Source of the DNA: an uncultured cyanobacterium
GTDB taxonomy: Bacteria > Cyanobacteriota > Cyanobacteriia > Pseudanabaenales > Pseudanabaenaceae
NCBI GenBank assembly: GCA_963703315.1
Contig: OY969811.1
Coordinates: 3,456,001 to 3,520,000 of the forward strand
Direction: 5' to 3'
Length of the DNA stretch: 64,000 nucleotides
Shown here: one piece after another, positions 38,495 through 49,100 of the stretch
Layout of the letters: every line of letters starts with the position of its first letter
Numbering within the stretch: position 1 is the first letter of the stretch
Made by a program: the position numbers and the translations under genes
The notes under the pieces: generated by a model
Database searches by the model: none
Told to the model about the DNA's origin: nothing
Seen by the model: only the letters and a program-made list of their open reading frames with translations

Positions 38495-38719
38495 ATGCAA
38501 GTTAGTTATCGGCTTAATGCCAACGAACTAGACATTAGATTTATCGAAAGCCTGAAAGCCGCGTTTCAAGGCAAAGAAATTGAAATTCTAGTTTATGAAC
38601 AAGACGAAACACAATTTTTGTTAGCCGATCCCATCAATCGCACAAAATTACTTACAGCAGTTGAGAACATAAAAAATCGTGAAAATCTGGTCGAGGTTAG
38701 CTGGGATAGCCTTCCATGA
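38495..38719 (+). CDS. Putative antitoxin of YoeB
   Basis: DETQFLLADPINRTKLL resembles the YefM C-terminus; 4-bp overlap with the toxin. Confidence 0.72.
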   Translation: MQVSYRLNANELDIRFIESLKAAFQGKEIEILVYEQDETQFLLADPINRTKLLTAVENIKNRENLVEVSWDSLP

Positions 38720-38982
38720 AAAGACTTATTTTATTTGAAGCCGATGCCTTTGAGGACTTTAATGAATGGGCAAAAAGCGATCGCAAAATTTACAACAAGA
38801 TTGCTGAACTAATCAAAGACATTGAGCGTAATCCATACTTAGGAATAGGCAAACCAGAACCACTCAAGTATGAACTAAGCGGTTTCTGGTCAAGACGGAT
38901 CACGGATGAACATAGACTAATTTATCAAGTTAGCGATCGTGAAATTTTGATTGCCGCCTGTAAAAGCCACTATAAGAAATAG
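38716..38982 (+). CDS. yoeB: Txe/YoeB toxin
   Basis: GIGKPEPLKYELSGFWSRRITDEHRLIY. Confidence 0.93.
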   Translation: MKRLILFEADAFEDFNEWAKSDRKIYNKIAELIKDIERNPYLGIGKPEPLKYELSGFWSRRITDEHRLIYQVSDREILIAACKSHYKK

Positions 38983-39002
38983 TCAGTACAAGGAAAAATT
39001 AA

Positions 39003-39690
39003 ATGGAAATACAATCAGCTAACTTTGGATTTTTACGCCAACATGACCAACAAATCGTCAAACTCGCCGCCCTAGCTGAGCAGTTTTTCCATAGCGACAG
39101 CAACACCTGCATCATCAAACTGCGTCAATATGCCGAACGCCTTGCCAAACTCATCGCCGCCAACACAGGGCTGTACCAATCGTCAGACGAAGCCTAAGTC
39201 GAACTATTAAAAAGATTGAAACTAGAAAATGTCATTTCTAAAGAAGTTACTGACCTCTTCCATTTAATTAGAATCGCAGGCAATAAAGCCGTTCATAACA
39301 AAAGTACAACCAACACAAACGAAGCCCTAACTCTATTACAAACCGCCCAACAATTAGGAATATGGTTTCATCGCACCTTTAGCGATCGCAACTTCAAGAG
39401 CAAAGCATTTATCCCACCCTCCGACACCACCACCCAACGAAATGCCGAACTAAAGGCAAAAATAGAAGAATTAGAAAAGATAATCACCGATACCCAAATT
39501 GCCAATCAACACCCCACCACCAAACAAACTGCGGCAATCATTGAACGTGGTGAAGCTGCATCCAAAACTATAGACCTCAATGAAGATCAAACCAGAGCGC
39601 TAATCGATCAACAACTACGCGATCGCGGTTGGGAAGTGGACAGCGAAAACCTGCGCTATAGCCAAGGCTTTCGCCCCACCAAAGGCAAAT
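39003..39690 (+). pseudogene. hsdR: Type I restriction subunit R (EcoKI-like), N-terminal remnant
   Basis: SANFGFL...KLRQYAE...GNKAVH...NEDQTRALIDQQLRDRGWEVDSENLRYSQGFRP; in-frame TAA at 39195-39197; nuclease and helicase parts absent. Confidence 0.85.
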
Positions 39691-39832
39691 TGACAAACCT
39701 CATCAAAAACAACCGATCGCCTCTAACATCCCTACTTTCACCACACAAGCGATCGTCCCTTTTAAAGATATTGTCGCAAATATGCCAAATAAGGTATATT
39801 AGATATGAGTCAACAAATCAGAAAACAAATAA

Positions 39833-40126
39833 ATGACCCAGAATCAAGTTACTGAAGTTATTCAAAGTGGGGCGAATGTATTTGAGGATTTGGGATTTGC
39901 ACCTGAAGAGGCTCTTAATCTCAAAATTCGGGCTGACTTGATGTTGAATATTAAGCGATTCATTCAGTCTCAAGGATGGACTCAAAAGCAAGCTGCTTTG
40001 TTTTTTGGTGAAACTCAACCTCGGATTAGCGATTTGATCAATGGTGATATTGAGAGGTTTAGTATTGATAAATTGGTGATAATGTTGGTGCGTGCGGGTA
40101 TGGATGTGAGGTTTGAGGTAAGTTGA
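39833..40126 (+). CDS. XRE-HTH (HigA-like) antitoxin, orphan
   Basis: NVFEDLGF...TQKQAA...TQPRISDL...FSIDKL. Confidence 0.85.
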   Translation: MTQNQVTEVIQSGANVFEDLGFAPEEALNLKIRADLMLNIKRFIQSQGWTQKQAALFFGETQPRISDLINGDIERFSIDKLVIMLVRAGMDVRFEVS

Positions 40127-40231
40127 CTCAAGATGATCGTTTTACCTTCGTGAATAAGAACTAGGCAAAAAAAGCTGAATCAAGGTAATAATGGATGTAT
40201 CGTAATTCTTCAATAACAAGAGGTCTAAGCC

Positions 40232-40471
40232 ATGACTGAATTACTTGAACGTGTGATTGAACAATTAAAAATACTTCCTGCGGATGAACAAGATGCGATC
40301 GCTACTCGTTTTTTAGCAGAAATAGAAGACGAACGTGCTTGGAAAGCTAGTTTTTCTAAGACAACTGATGATCAATGGAATAGGCTGGCTGCTATGGTGC
40401 GCCAAGAAATTAATGCTGGAGAATTTTCACCATTAGATGAGTTATTCTCTTCTAAGCCAAATAATCACTAG
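40232..40471 (+). CDS. Small antitoxin-like protein
   Basis: MTELLERVIEQLKILPADEQDAIA...EDERAW; GAGG RBS. Confidence 0.7.
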   Translation: MTELLERVIEQLKILPADEQDAIATRFLAEIEDERAWKASFSKTTDDQWNRLAAMVRQEINAGEFSPLDELFSSKPNNH

Positions 40472-40473
40472 TT

Positions 40474-40743
40474 CTATAAACGCTTTAGAATTTCGTCATA
40501 CTCTGCGTGAGAGCCAATCCAAAACCAATAGATATGATCGTTTTCTAGCAATCCAAGAACCCGATAGTTAAGTCCAACTCTTACTGAATAGATTGGCTGA
40601 TTTTGGCTAACTCGCTTAAACTGGAGACTTCCTTGATACGGATCTGACTGCCAGATCTCATAAGCTTTGATTACTTGTTTCTGTGTTGTTTCTGGCAGTT
40701 GGTCGAGTTCTTTACGAAATTTGTTTGTAATACTAGATTTCAT
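40474..40743 (-). CDS. ParE/RelE-like toxin
   Basis: DPYQGSLQFKRV...YSVRVGLNYRVLG...WFWIGSHAEYD. Confidence 0.82.
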   Translation of the reverse strand: MKSSITNKFRKELDQLPETTQKQVIKAYEIWQSDPYQGSLQFKRVSQNQPIYSVRVGLNYRVLGLLENDHIYWFWIGSHAEYDEILKRL

Positions 40744-40746
40744 AAG

Positions 40747-41526
40747 TTATCTCACATCAGACTTCAAGATATCAGGTTTTTCTCCATTAGAGCGTAAGAA
40801 TATTTCGATATTATCTTTTAGATCTATTAAAAAACTCTTAAGTTCTGAATATTCAGATAACGAAATACGAGAGGTTGTCGGAAAGCGTCGATCAGAACTT
40901 AGAGCATAACAAATACTTTGTTCTACCATATCCTTAATTACTGGGATGTAGTCAGATGGAGGCAATTCAAACGATTTGGGAAGAGAGTTATTGATTAATT
41001 TATCCTCAAAATCCAAGAATATTTCTTCGCAATACTTTGCTACTTCAATAAGTCGCCCAACAAAATAAGTCTTTTCTAATGGAAGAATATACAGATCTTT
41101 TACTTCTTCGTCAAAAAAGTCTCCATCGCTATCAAAAAGTGGCCAAGTAACTTTGACTTGACGATTAGTCCAAATTTTCTCATGAATAGATAGAGCAAGA
41201 TCTGACTGTTGCTGCACAACATACATAGCAACTTTAGGACGATTAGAATCAGTTTTAGGAATGATTGTTGCGTACTGTTTACGATAACGAACCTCGTATA
41301 AATCCTTTAAACCAAGCTCATCTAATATCGCAATTACTGTCTCAATAGTTGGTATGCCAGAAGAATTAACTCCTGTACTTGCTGCTGAAGATAATTCTTT
41401 CTGATGGAGCAAATCACTGATACCCAATAAAGACTGGAGTTGCTTGATATCCCAAGCGATCTTTTGAGTACCATCATCGAGCGTTAGTAGCTCAACATTT
41501 AAGGGTTGTCTGTTCACGATCCTCAT
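40747..41526 (-). CDS. Hypothetical protein
   Basis: About 260-aa AT-rich ORF, no recognised motif; start uncertain (41526 or 41538). Confidence 0.6.
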   Translation of the reverse strand: MRIVNRQPLNVELLTLDDGTQKIAWDIKQLQSLLGISDLLHQKELSSAASTGVNSSGIPTIETVIAILDELGLKDLYEVRYRKQYATIIPKTDSNRPKVAMYVVQQQSDLALSIHEKIWTNRQVKVTWPLFDSDGDFFDEEVKDLYILPLEKTYFVGRLIEVAKYCEEIFLDFEDKLINNSLPKSFELPPSDYIPVIKDMVEQSICYALSSDRRFPTTSRISLSEYSELKSFLIDLKDNIEIFLRSNGEKPDILKSDVR

Positions 41527-41610
41527 ATACCCAAACACACTAATTTGACTGCTTGGGCTTATCCTAACACACTAATTTGGCTTTTTGGGTGACTTTGGTA
41601 AAAATTTTTT

Positions 41611-41745
41611 GTGGCTACGATCAGCGACGATCCTGAGGATGAAATGACCGAACCTGAAGAAATTGCTGCCGCGATCGCCACTCATCTAAAAAATGCTTTA
41701 AGTGCGATCGCCGATTTAATGGAAGAATTGGAAAATGTTGTCTAG
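41611..41745 (+). pseudogene. hsdM: 3' remnant of type I methyltransferase subunit M
   Basis: SDDPEDEMTEPEEIAAAIATHLKNALSAIADLMEELE* resembles the HsdM C-terminal helix. Confidence 0.6.
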
Positions 41746-41799
41746 AAAGTTGTCTAGAAATAGGTTACACGATCGCTCATTTACTATGACTCAATAATT

Positions 41800-42735
41800 A
41801 TGCGTGTTGTATTTTTTGGAACTCCAGACTTTGCAGTTCCCACATTAGAGAAACTATTATCAGAGCCAGATTTTGAAGTAGTGGGTGTGGTGTCGCAGCC
41901 TGATACGAGGCGTGGACGCGGTAATCAAGTTACGCCTCCACCTGTAAAAGCCGCCGCGATCGCCAAAAATCCCGATCTCCAGATCTGGCAACCCGATCGC
42001 CTTAAAAAAGATCAACAGGTACTTGCAGAACTGGCAGCTATTAATGCTGCTGTATTTGTAGTTGTGGCTTATGGACAGATTCTTTCACAAAAGATCTTGA
42101 ATATGCCTAAGCATGGCTGTATTAACGTGCATGGTTCGCTATTACCGAAATATCGTGGGGCAGCACCGATCCAATGGGCGATCGCCAATGGTGAAAGTAG
42201 CACTGGCATTACGACCATGCAAATGGATGCAGGTATTGATACGGGCGCGATGTTACTTAAAGCCGAATTAGCAATCTTGCCTGAAGATAATACCGATACT
42301 TTGAGTGAGAAGCTGGCTAAATTAGGAGCAGATTTATTAATTGATACTTTACGACGCTTAAATACAATTACACCTGAACCTCAAGATGACTCTTTGTCCT
42401 GCTATTCACCAATGATTGGGCGTGAGGATTGGGAACTAGACTGGAATCAAGAGGCGATCGCTTTGCATAATCGCATTCGTGCCTTCTATCCCAATTGCTA
42501 TACCGAATATCGCGGGCAGAGGTTAAAGATTACCAAAACAGAAGTGATTGCAGAAGATGAGAATCTAGAGAATGTTGGTAAGGTGACGGAAATCTGTAAA
42601 GGCAAAGGTTTTGTATTGCAGACTGGTCAAGGATTATTACTAATTAAAGAAGTCCAACCTGCGGGTAAGAAACTGCAATCGGGTTGGGATTTTGTTAATG
42701 GTGCAAGAATTGCGATCGGTGAATCTTTTGCATAA
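41800..42735 (+). CDS. fmt: Methionyl-tRNA formyltransferase
   Basis: FFGTPDFA, NVHGSLLPKYRGAAPIQ, DAGIDTG. Confidence 0.96.
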   Translation: MRVVFFGTPDFAVPTLEKLLSEPDFEVVGVVSQPDTRRGRGNQVTPPPVKAAAIAKNPDLQIWQPDRLKKDQQVLAELAAINAAVFVVVAYGQILSQKILNMPKHGCINVHGSLLPKYRGAAPIQWAIANGESSTGITTMQMDAGIDTGAMLLKAELAILPEDNTDTLSEKLAKLGADLLIDTLRRLNTITPEPQDDSLSCYSPMIGREDWELDWNQEAIALHNRIRAFYPNCYTEYRGQRLKITKTEVIAEDENLENVGKVTEICKGKGFVLQTGQGLLLIKEVQPAGKKLQSGWDFVNGARIAIGESFA

Positions 42736-42769
42736 GCAAAAAGCGGCACTAAGTGCCGCTTTTTGCTTA
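42733..42769. terminator. Likely bidirectional terminator hairpin
   Basis: GCAAAAAGCGGCAC-TAA-GTGCCGCTTTTTGC between convergent genes. Confidence 0.6.
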
Positions 42770-43633
42770 TTGTTTTTTAGGAGTTTCAGGAGTCGTGCTA
42801 GGTGTTTGAGTGGAATTGGTAGAGGATGGCTTTTGGGGAGAGAGCGTAGATAGACGCTTAACTTCATCTTTAAATTCGGCAGGAGCTAGCTCTAGTCCTT
42901 TATCAAAGAGTTTTTTCGCTTCATCCTCTTTACCTTGAACTTGCTTTAATTGCGCCTTCCCAACGTAAGGACGAAAATCTTTACCACTGTCTTTAATCAT
43001 CTGATCATAAGTAGCGATCGCATCATCGATACGATTTTGTTGACGATAGACTTCACCAAGAATCCAACGTACTGAGCCTGTATCAACGGTATTTGCTTGG
43101 ATTTTGTTAGCGGTTTCCGCAGTTTTGAGTGCGTCTTGGAGAATACCGATCGCCGCTTCAGGACGCTTATCCGATAACTCAATACTAACAATACTTTGCA
43201 ACGCAGGAATATAACCCGGTTTTGTAGTCAAAATTTTGCGATATTCCGCCGACGCATTTTTAGGGTCTTTGAGTTCAATGTAAGTACGCGCTAAGGTCAT
43301 CCGATATTCAGGCTGATCGGGAAAAGTATCAGAAAGGGTTTGTAGCGGTTCGATCGTTTCTTTAACTTTGCCCAGTTGATTTCTAAGGTTAACTAGACCA
43401 ATCAGTGCAGTTTGGTTTTTAGGATCGCTTTTTAGCACAGCCTCAAAACCCTCGATCTGAATTTTGATGCGCTCTTGCTCAGAGGCGTTTTGGTTGGATT
43501 GATTAGTTGCTTGCTGCTGCGTTGGGGCAAACAAACCACCAATCAGTGGTGCGATCGATACGCCCAAGAACGAGAGCGTAATTACGATTAAAACACCATT
43601 AATAATCCATTGCCTTGCTGTACGTTGAGTCAC
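42767..43633 (-). CDS. Membrane-anchored TPR protein
   Basis: N-terminal TM helix followed by TPR-like helices. Confidence 0.8.
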   Translation of the reverse strand: MTQRTARQWIINGVLIVITLSFLGVSIAPLIGGLFAPTQQQATNQSNQNASEQERIKIQIEGFEAVLKSDPKNQTALIGLVNLRNQLGKVKETIEPLQTLSDTFPDQPEYRMTLARTYIELKDPKNASAEYRKILTTKPGYIPALQSIVSIELSDKRPEAAIGILQDALKTAETANKIQANTVDTGSVRWILGEVYRQQNRIDDAIATYDQMIKDSGKDFRPYVGKAQLKQVQGKEDEAKKLFDKGLELAPAEFKDEVKRLSTLSPQKPSSTNSTQTPSTTPETPKKQ

Positions 43634-43666
43634 GATATTTACCCTAAATTCAATTAAAAGCCAAAC

Positions 43667-43719
43667 CCAGTAAGGGTTTTTAAAACTAAAAATGGCATAG
43701 CCATTTTTAGTTTTGGTAT
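43667..43719. repeat. 53-bp dispersed repeat (copy at 55373-55425)
   Basis: The two copies are identical except for the 3-nt hairpin loop (ATA vs TAC). Confidence 0.8.
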
Positions 43720-43822
43720 CACACCATAGTTTACCTCAAGAGGTTGTTATAGACAGCTTCCGCAAATCAACTCATGCCAAATTAATAGGGTGGCGGCGCT
43801 TCGCGCCGCCACCCTAAACTGT

Positions 43823-44566
43823 CTAAATAGCCTGCTCTTCTTTGGGAGTTACTTCAGGTTCGGTTTCCATAAATGAAACTACAGTACTCACTTGCGCGAT
43901 CGCTTGAGGCTGTTTTTCATGAGGACTCTTTAAAGTCTTATCAGCTTGAGGCTGTTGGCAAGCGTGCATCGTTTTGACGTGTTCATCTTCATCATCCCGA
44001 ATAGCGACAAATACATCATACAAATTATCAATTTTGGGACGACGGTAAGAGTTTGGATGCGAAGTTTGGAACTCGTCAAACAGATAGAGATCACCATCAC
44101 GGAAATAATTAATCGCAATCTGGGGAGCAGGTTGTTGTTTTAGTTCTGCTTCATTGGCTTTTAAATAGTCGTCATAGCTATGGAAAGCGTGTTGCTCAAC
44201 TTTTTCCATAAAGTTGTAAGCAGCTTTCGGATTGACCATATAAATCAATACGATAATCCAGTAATAAAGGAGAGCGGTTGTTTTAGCAAGCAGGCGATCG
44301 GGCCAAAACTTATTACCACCCAACTCTTCCATAATCAGAAGATGGTGCAATTCATTCCAAGATTCAGCAAAATGGATTTTTAGCCAGTCCGCCTTACGCC
44401 ACAATCCTAAGGTTTCATAGAGGTGAAGTACGGAAACATAGGAGAAATATGGTACACGGGCAACGGTTTCGAGAACGTAAAAGCGGGGAATCGGGCGATC
44501 GCGGTAAACATTGTTAATCACGAATACTAACAAGTTGACAAGAGCTTGGATCATGCTTGACTCCAT
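43823..44566 (-). CDS. ptox: Plastoquinol terminal oxidase (alternative oxidase family)
   Basis: LETVARVPY, ESWNELHHL, VEQHA, RDDEDEH di-iron motifs. Confidence 0.9.
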   Translation of the reverse strand: MESSMIQALVNLLVFVINNVYRDRPIPRFYVLETVARVPYFSYVSVLHLYETLGLWRKADWLKIHFAESWNELHHLLIMEELGGNKFWPDRLLAKTTALLYYWIIVLIYMVNPKAAYNFMEKVEQHAFHSYDDYLKANEAELKQQPAPQIAINYFRDGDLYLFDEFQTSHPNSYRRPKIDNLYDVFVAIRDDEDEHVKTMHACQQPQADKTLKSPHEKQPQAIAQVSTVVSFMETEPEVTPKEEQAI

Positions 44567-44715
44567 TAATTAGAATCTACTGCTCTATTTTAAATGGGTA
44601 GTCAATTTGTTGTGGATTATGACAGCTTTATTTAAGGTTAGGATTCACGCAAAAATGCCTTGAAACCCCTACATTTGAAGGGTGGGCGGCGCAAAGCGCC
44701 GCCCACCCTAGTGAC

Positions 44716-45588
44716 TTAGCTGAAAAAGTTGGCAGTGATGCGTACAGTTGCAGTACAGCTAGCATTAGGTTCTAGCACAGTCAAATATTCCTTAGTATTC
44801 AGAGAATTACGAGTTGCGCTCCAAGGCTCTAGACAATAGAAGTCTTTACCCTTAACTGTCCAAAAAACTAGATAAGTATAAAAATCATCGTAGTCGATCG
44901 CAATCTTGAGTTGGCGATCGTTGTCAACAACGGAAGTTGAGCGACTAGAAAGCTTACCAAATACAGAATCAATCTCATCTTGATCGAAGTTAAACTTACC
45001 ATCAAAATCAAAGCTCTCTTTGGTGCGATTATCCTCATACCTTGCTGAGGGAATATCTACTTCAATCTGATTTTTGTCGCCACAGAGAAAATAAGGATGG
45101 AAGCCTGAAGAGAAAGGCATCGGTGTGGATGAGAGATTTTTATATTCTTGGCGAATCTCTAAAGTGTTTCCACGTAACGCATAGGTAAAGGTCAAATGAA
45201 AATCAAAGGGATAGACCGCCTTAGTTTGCTCATTACTCACTAGCTCAAGGGTCACACTTGCTTCACCGTCATGACCTTGTGATGTCGCTTTCCAAGGTAA
45301 CTCACGGGCAAATCCATGCTGTTTGATTTTATAGTCAGTTCCATTGACATTGTAAGTGTCATTAGGCAAATTACCACAGAGTGGAAAGAGAATTGGATTA
45401 CCACCTCTAACGCTCAAATCAGGATGGGTAAACCGCTCAGTATCAAGATAGAAAACCTCCTGACCATCAATACGCCAGCTTGTGACAATCCCACCTCTTT
45501 CTGGTACAACTTCTATTTGAGAGTTTGTGCTGTCATCGGACAGAATATAGGTGTTGTATTGCTTTTGCTGCGAAGAAACTGTATACAC
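44716..45588 (-). CDS. Aldose 1-epimerase family protein
   Basis: RGGNPILFP, HGFAR, GFHPYF, CLEPW. Confidence 0.9.
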   Translation of the reverse strand: MYTVSSQQKQYNTYILSDDSTNSQIEVVPERGGIVTSWRIDGQEVFYLDTERFTHPDLSVRGGNPILFPLCGNLPNDTYNVNGTDYKIKQHGFARELPWKATSQGHDGEASVTLELVSNEQTKAVYPFDFHLTFTYALRGNTLEIRQEYKNLSSTPMPFSSGFHPYFLCGDKNQIEVDIPSARYEDNRTKESFDFDGKFNFDQDEIDSVFGKLSSRSTSVVDNDRQLKIAIDYDDFYTYLVFWTVKGKDFYCLEPWSATRNSLNTKEYLTVLEPNASCTATVRITANFFS

Positions 45589-45647
45589 AAATTTTGCCCT
45601 GTAACATTCCAGAAATAATTATATAACAATGAAAGCGGTGCTTTCAT

Positions 45648-46058
45648 CTATTTAGATTTCGGGATGTTACAGCCAAACGGATAAGCGGTGTGATAGGTGC
45701 GATCGCGTTTGCCAAACAATTGATAACGATGGTCTCGAATTTGGATGTAAGTTGAGTCACCCAAAGATTTCAGAGGAGAAATTGCTCGATAAGCAGCAAT
45801 TAATACATCACCCATCGGCAACAATCGTGTAATTTCTTCAGCCGCCTCACTACCCTGCCATCTTTGCGTAGCATCCTCACAATCAATCAAAATCATCCCC
45901 ATTTCACAGTCAACAGCCGAGACATTAAATAGTGCCAGCGTTTGCTCATCTTGCATGGGGATATAGCAAAACTGACGACCGCGATCAAATTTCTCTAAAA
46001 CGCTGACAAAGTTAGAGCAGAGATTACAGTTACCGTCATAGATTACAGCGTAAGACAT
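45648..46058 (-). CDS. DCC (DUF393) thiol-disulfide oxidoreductase family
   Basis: YDGNCNLC motif. Confidence 0.85.
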   Translation of the reverse strand: MSYAVIYDGNCNLCSNFVSVLEKFDRGRQFCYIPMQDEQTLALFNVSAVDCEMGMILIDCEDATQRWQGSEAAEEITRLLPMGDVLIAAYRAISPLKSLGDSTYIQIRDHRYQLFGKRDRTYHTAYPFGCNIPKSK

Positions 46059-46120
46059 AATAGATTAGATGAATTCTTTACTAAGGGAATGATGAGGCAC
46101 TGCGTCTCATCATTCTAGAT

Positions 46121-49100
46121 TTAGAACTTGCAGGGACCTTTTTTAGCATTAGGACAAATGGTCTCTTCATCTGTTTTTGGCAACTTACTTGGTTCAAAAA
46201 TGACACCACTCAGATTAATTCCATTTAACTTTGCGCCACTCCAGTTAGCTCCATTAATCTGACTACCAGAGAGATTTGCGCCACTCAAATCCGTACCAGT
46301 CATATCAGTATAGTTAAGCCTCGTATTCGATAAATTAGCCCGTTTTAAACTGGTGAAGCTGAGGTTTAAGCCAGACAGGTCTTGATTGGCTAAATTACGA
46401 CCCTCACGCATATCGTTCACAATTTGCCAAGCTAATAAAGTTGTTGAATTAAATTTTGTCGCTTTGTCTGTTCCTTGAGCGCCAATTTTAGAACCTTTCA
46501 AGTTAACGCCTTCCATTTTTGCACCAACAAAGTTAGAAAGAGTTAAATTTGACTCGGCAAGATCTACGAAAATCATTTGTGCTTTGTTGAACTCTGCCCA
46601 GATCACACTCGCACGAATTAACCGTGCTTTACTCAAGTTGGCATTGGTAAAGTTTACGCCATCAAGATTTGCGTCCTGAAAATTTGCACCTACCAGACTC
46701 GCATCTTGCATTTTTGCACCCGTGAGCGTGGCTTTACTGAAGTCAACGTTATCCAGTTTAGCGCCCTTAAAGTCTGCATTCGTAAAGTCTTTACCACTAG
46801 CATCTTTAAATATTCCCCACCTGAGACCAATATCAAAAACTGGTCTATTCAGGAGACTATAGAGCGTAAAAGCGCCGCCGATCGCTGCTAATCCGATTAC
46901 AGGAATTTTGAGATAATCTTGCCATAGAGATTCTAAGCTAATGCTAGGCATCTTTATGGGTGGCTTTTTGGGAGGGAGTTCTGCTTCAGTTATGGATTGT
47001 TGAAATTCTTCATAGGATTCATAGTTATCTTCGGTAAAGCGATTAAAATCCATTTGATCTCGAGGCATACCCATACTAGCTTGGGTCGGCTCATTAAAGC
47101 TCGGCATTGGTTTGCGGCGATCGCGAGGTATTTCCTTGGTTTCACTAGTACCTGTTGAATCAAACCGCGCAGAAGATGGGGGATTGCTTCTACCACGAGA
47201 GGGTAACTGTGTACTTTGCTTACTGATAGTGGTGATACTGTCTGATAAATCGCTATTATCAAGTAAACCTGACCAATCATTGCCATCAGCATGAATTTCT
47301 ATACCAAGATCATTAAAGTCAGGTAGATCGATTTCCTTGCGCCTAGAACCACTAGAACCTCGCGAAGAATTGGCAGCTTTACCTTGTGATGGTCTACCTG
47401 ATGCTCCTGCGATTGGAGTGGCTGTACTGCCCATGCTACCTGTATCTGACGATCTTAGTCCGCCCGAAAGTACTGTCTCCGCATCTAATAATTCTGACCA
47501 ACTATCATCGATCGTATTAATCGACTTCCGATTTTTATGTGGATCTGGTTGAGCATGAAACCGATCAAAATCATCCTCTCTACCTCTTCTGCCCATTGTG
47601 TTTTGGGTTTGCGGTTGAGAATCAATAGAAGGAGGTGGCGGTAAAGGCGCAGTATTGCTCTGATTAGGGATGCGCTTTGGTGGTAGTGGTGGTAAAAAAG
47701 GTGGCGGTGGCGGTGGGCTGCTCACAGATGGAGCAGTAGGTTCTTGCCTAGTCGCGATGGGAGGAACTGGCGGAAGCGGAGCGATCGGTGGTGCTGGTGG
47801 AACTAATCCCGTTGATATTGTCGGAGATACAAAACCCGAACCAAAATCATCGCCCGTAAGTTGCGAATCCATACTATCTAGATCGAATTCGTCTAAAAAG
47901 TCGCTACTATCTATGCCCACATTGGTAACACTTTTACCAATGTTGACAGGCGGTACAAAATTTACAGGTGGCGGTGATATCTGTTGTGGTGATACAAAAT
48001 TGTCTAATCCACCAGAATTTGTACCATAACTGTTCAGTAAATCTTTGTCTGCGGCTTCTTGATATTCATCCATTTCCTCATAGCTTTCATTGAGCAAATC
48101 ATGAGCCATCGCTTCCTGCAAGAAGTCAGTTTCTGAGATGAGATTATCTGTGGAGCTATTTAGAGCATCAAATGGAGGATTTGGAACCACTCCTGACGTG
48201 AACTGCTCTTCTGGAGATGGAATAGGTGCAACCCTAATAGGAGTGAGTGTTGTAGGCATACTTACATTATTGAAATTGCCAAGCGGCTCTTCTAACAGAC
48301 TATCTTCATCAAAAGTAGCTAGATCAAAATCTTCATTGAGCATACTGTCTAGCTTATGATCATTCCCATTGGTGACAGATTCCGCAATCTCTGCATTCCA
48401 GTTAGGGTTTTGTAAGCTAGTACTCACTGGTACGACAACATTATTACTAAGGTCATCAGCATAGTTATCGAACTCGTCAATAAAGCTAGATTCAGTAATT
48501 TGATCAGCAATAGATTCACTTAAGTTTGACCAACCCGAAGATAAATCCATAGAATCATCAGGTTTTTTAATTTCGTTAGGCTCTACCTCCGATTTAGCTT
48601 GGTTGTATTCATCATGCTGGACGCTAGCATCAATATTTGAAGAGATATATGCATCAGAAGGCACGAATTCATCAGTTGAAAACGTATCTGGAAGTTCATG
48701 CTCTACCTCTGTGGTAACAATTGTAGGAACATTCCAATCAACAGCATCATTACCATGACTAATTTCAGCCTCTAGATCTGCACTCCAATCGTCATTAATA
48801 ACATCTTCAGATGGAACCTGATGATCTAGCTGATCATCAAATGTCTGCTCAAATTTCTGCTCAGAATCTTGTTCGGAGGCTAAGCCAAAGTCTGCATCAA
48901 AAGCTTGTTCGATATTTTCGGGGCTAGATATATTTAAGCTGATATTTTCTTCTATTTCGAGATTCTCAGCTTCTGGTATGTTCTCCCAATCATCTAATGA
49001 GCCAAAAGCATTGTCAATTGCTGGTGATGATTCTGAAGGGGAGTCAATGCTAGAGGAGCTATGCCAAATTGAATCATCGATCGCCTGATCTCCAGCCTGA

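Noticed and set aside
38149..38531. ORFs across the REP-like hairpins
   Set aside because: They span palindromic repeats and show no coding signal.
39216..39836. Independent 206-aa protein
   Set aside because: In-frame continuation of the hsdR pseudogene; its tail is read-through of non-coding module DNA.
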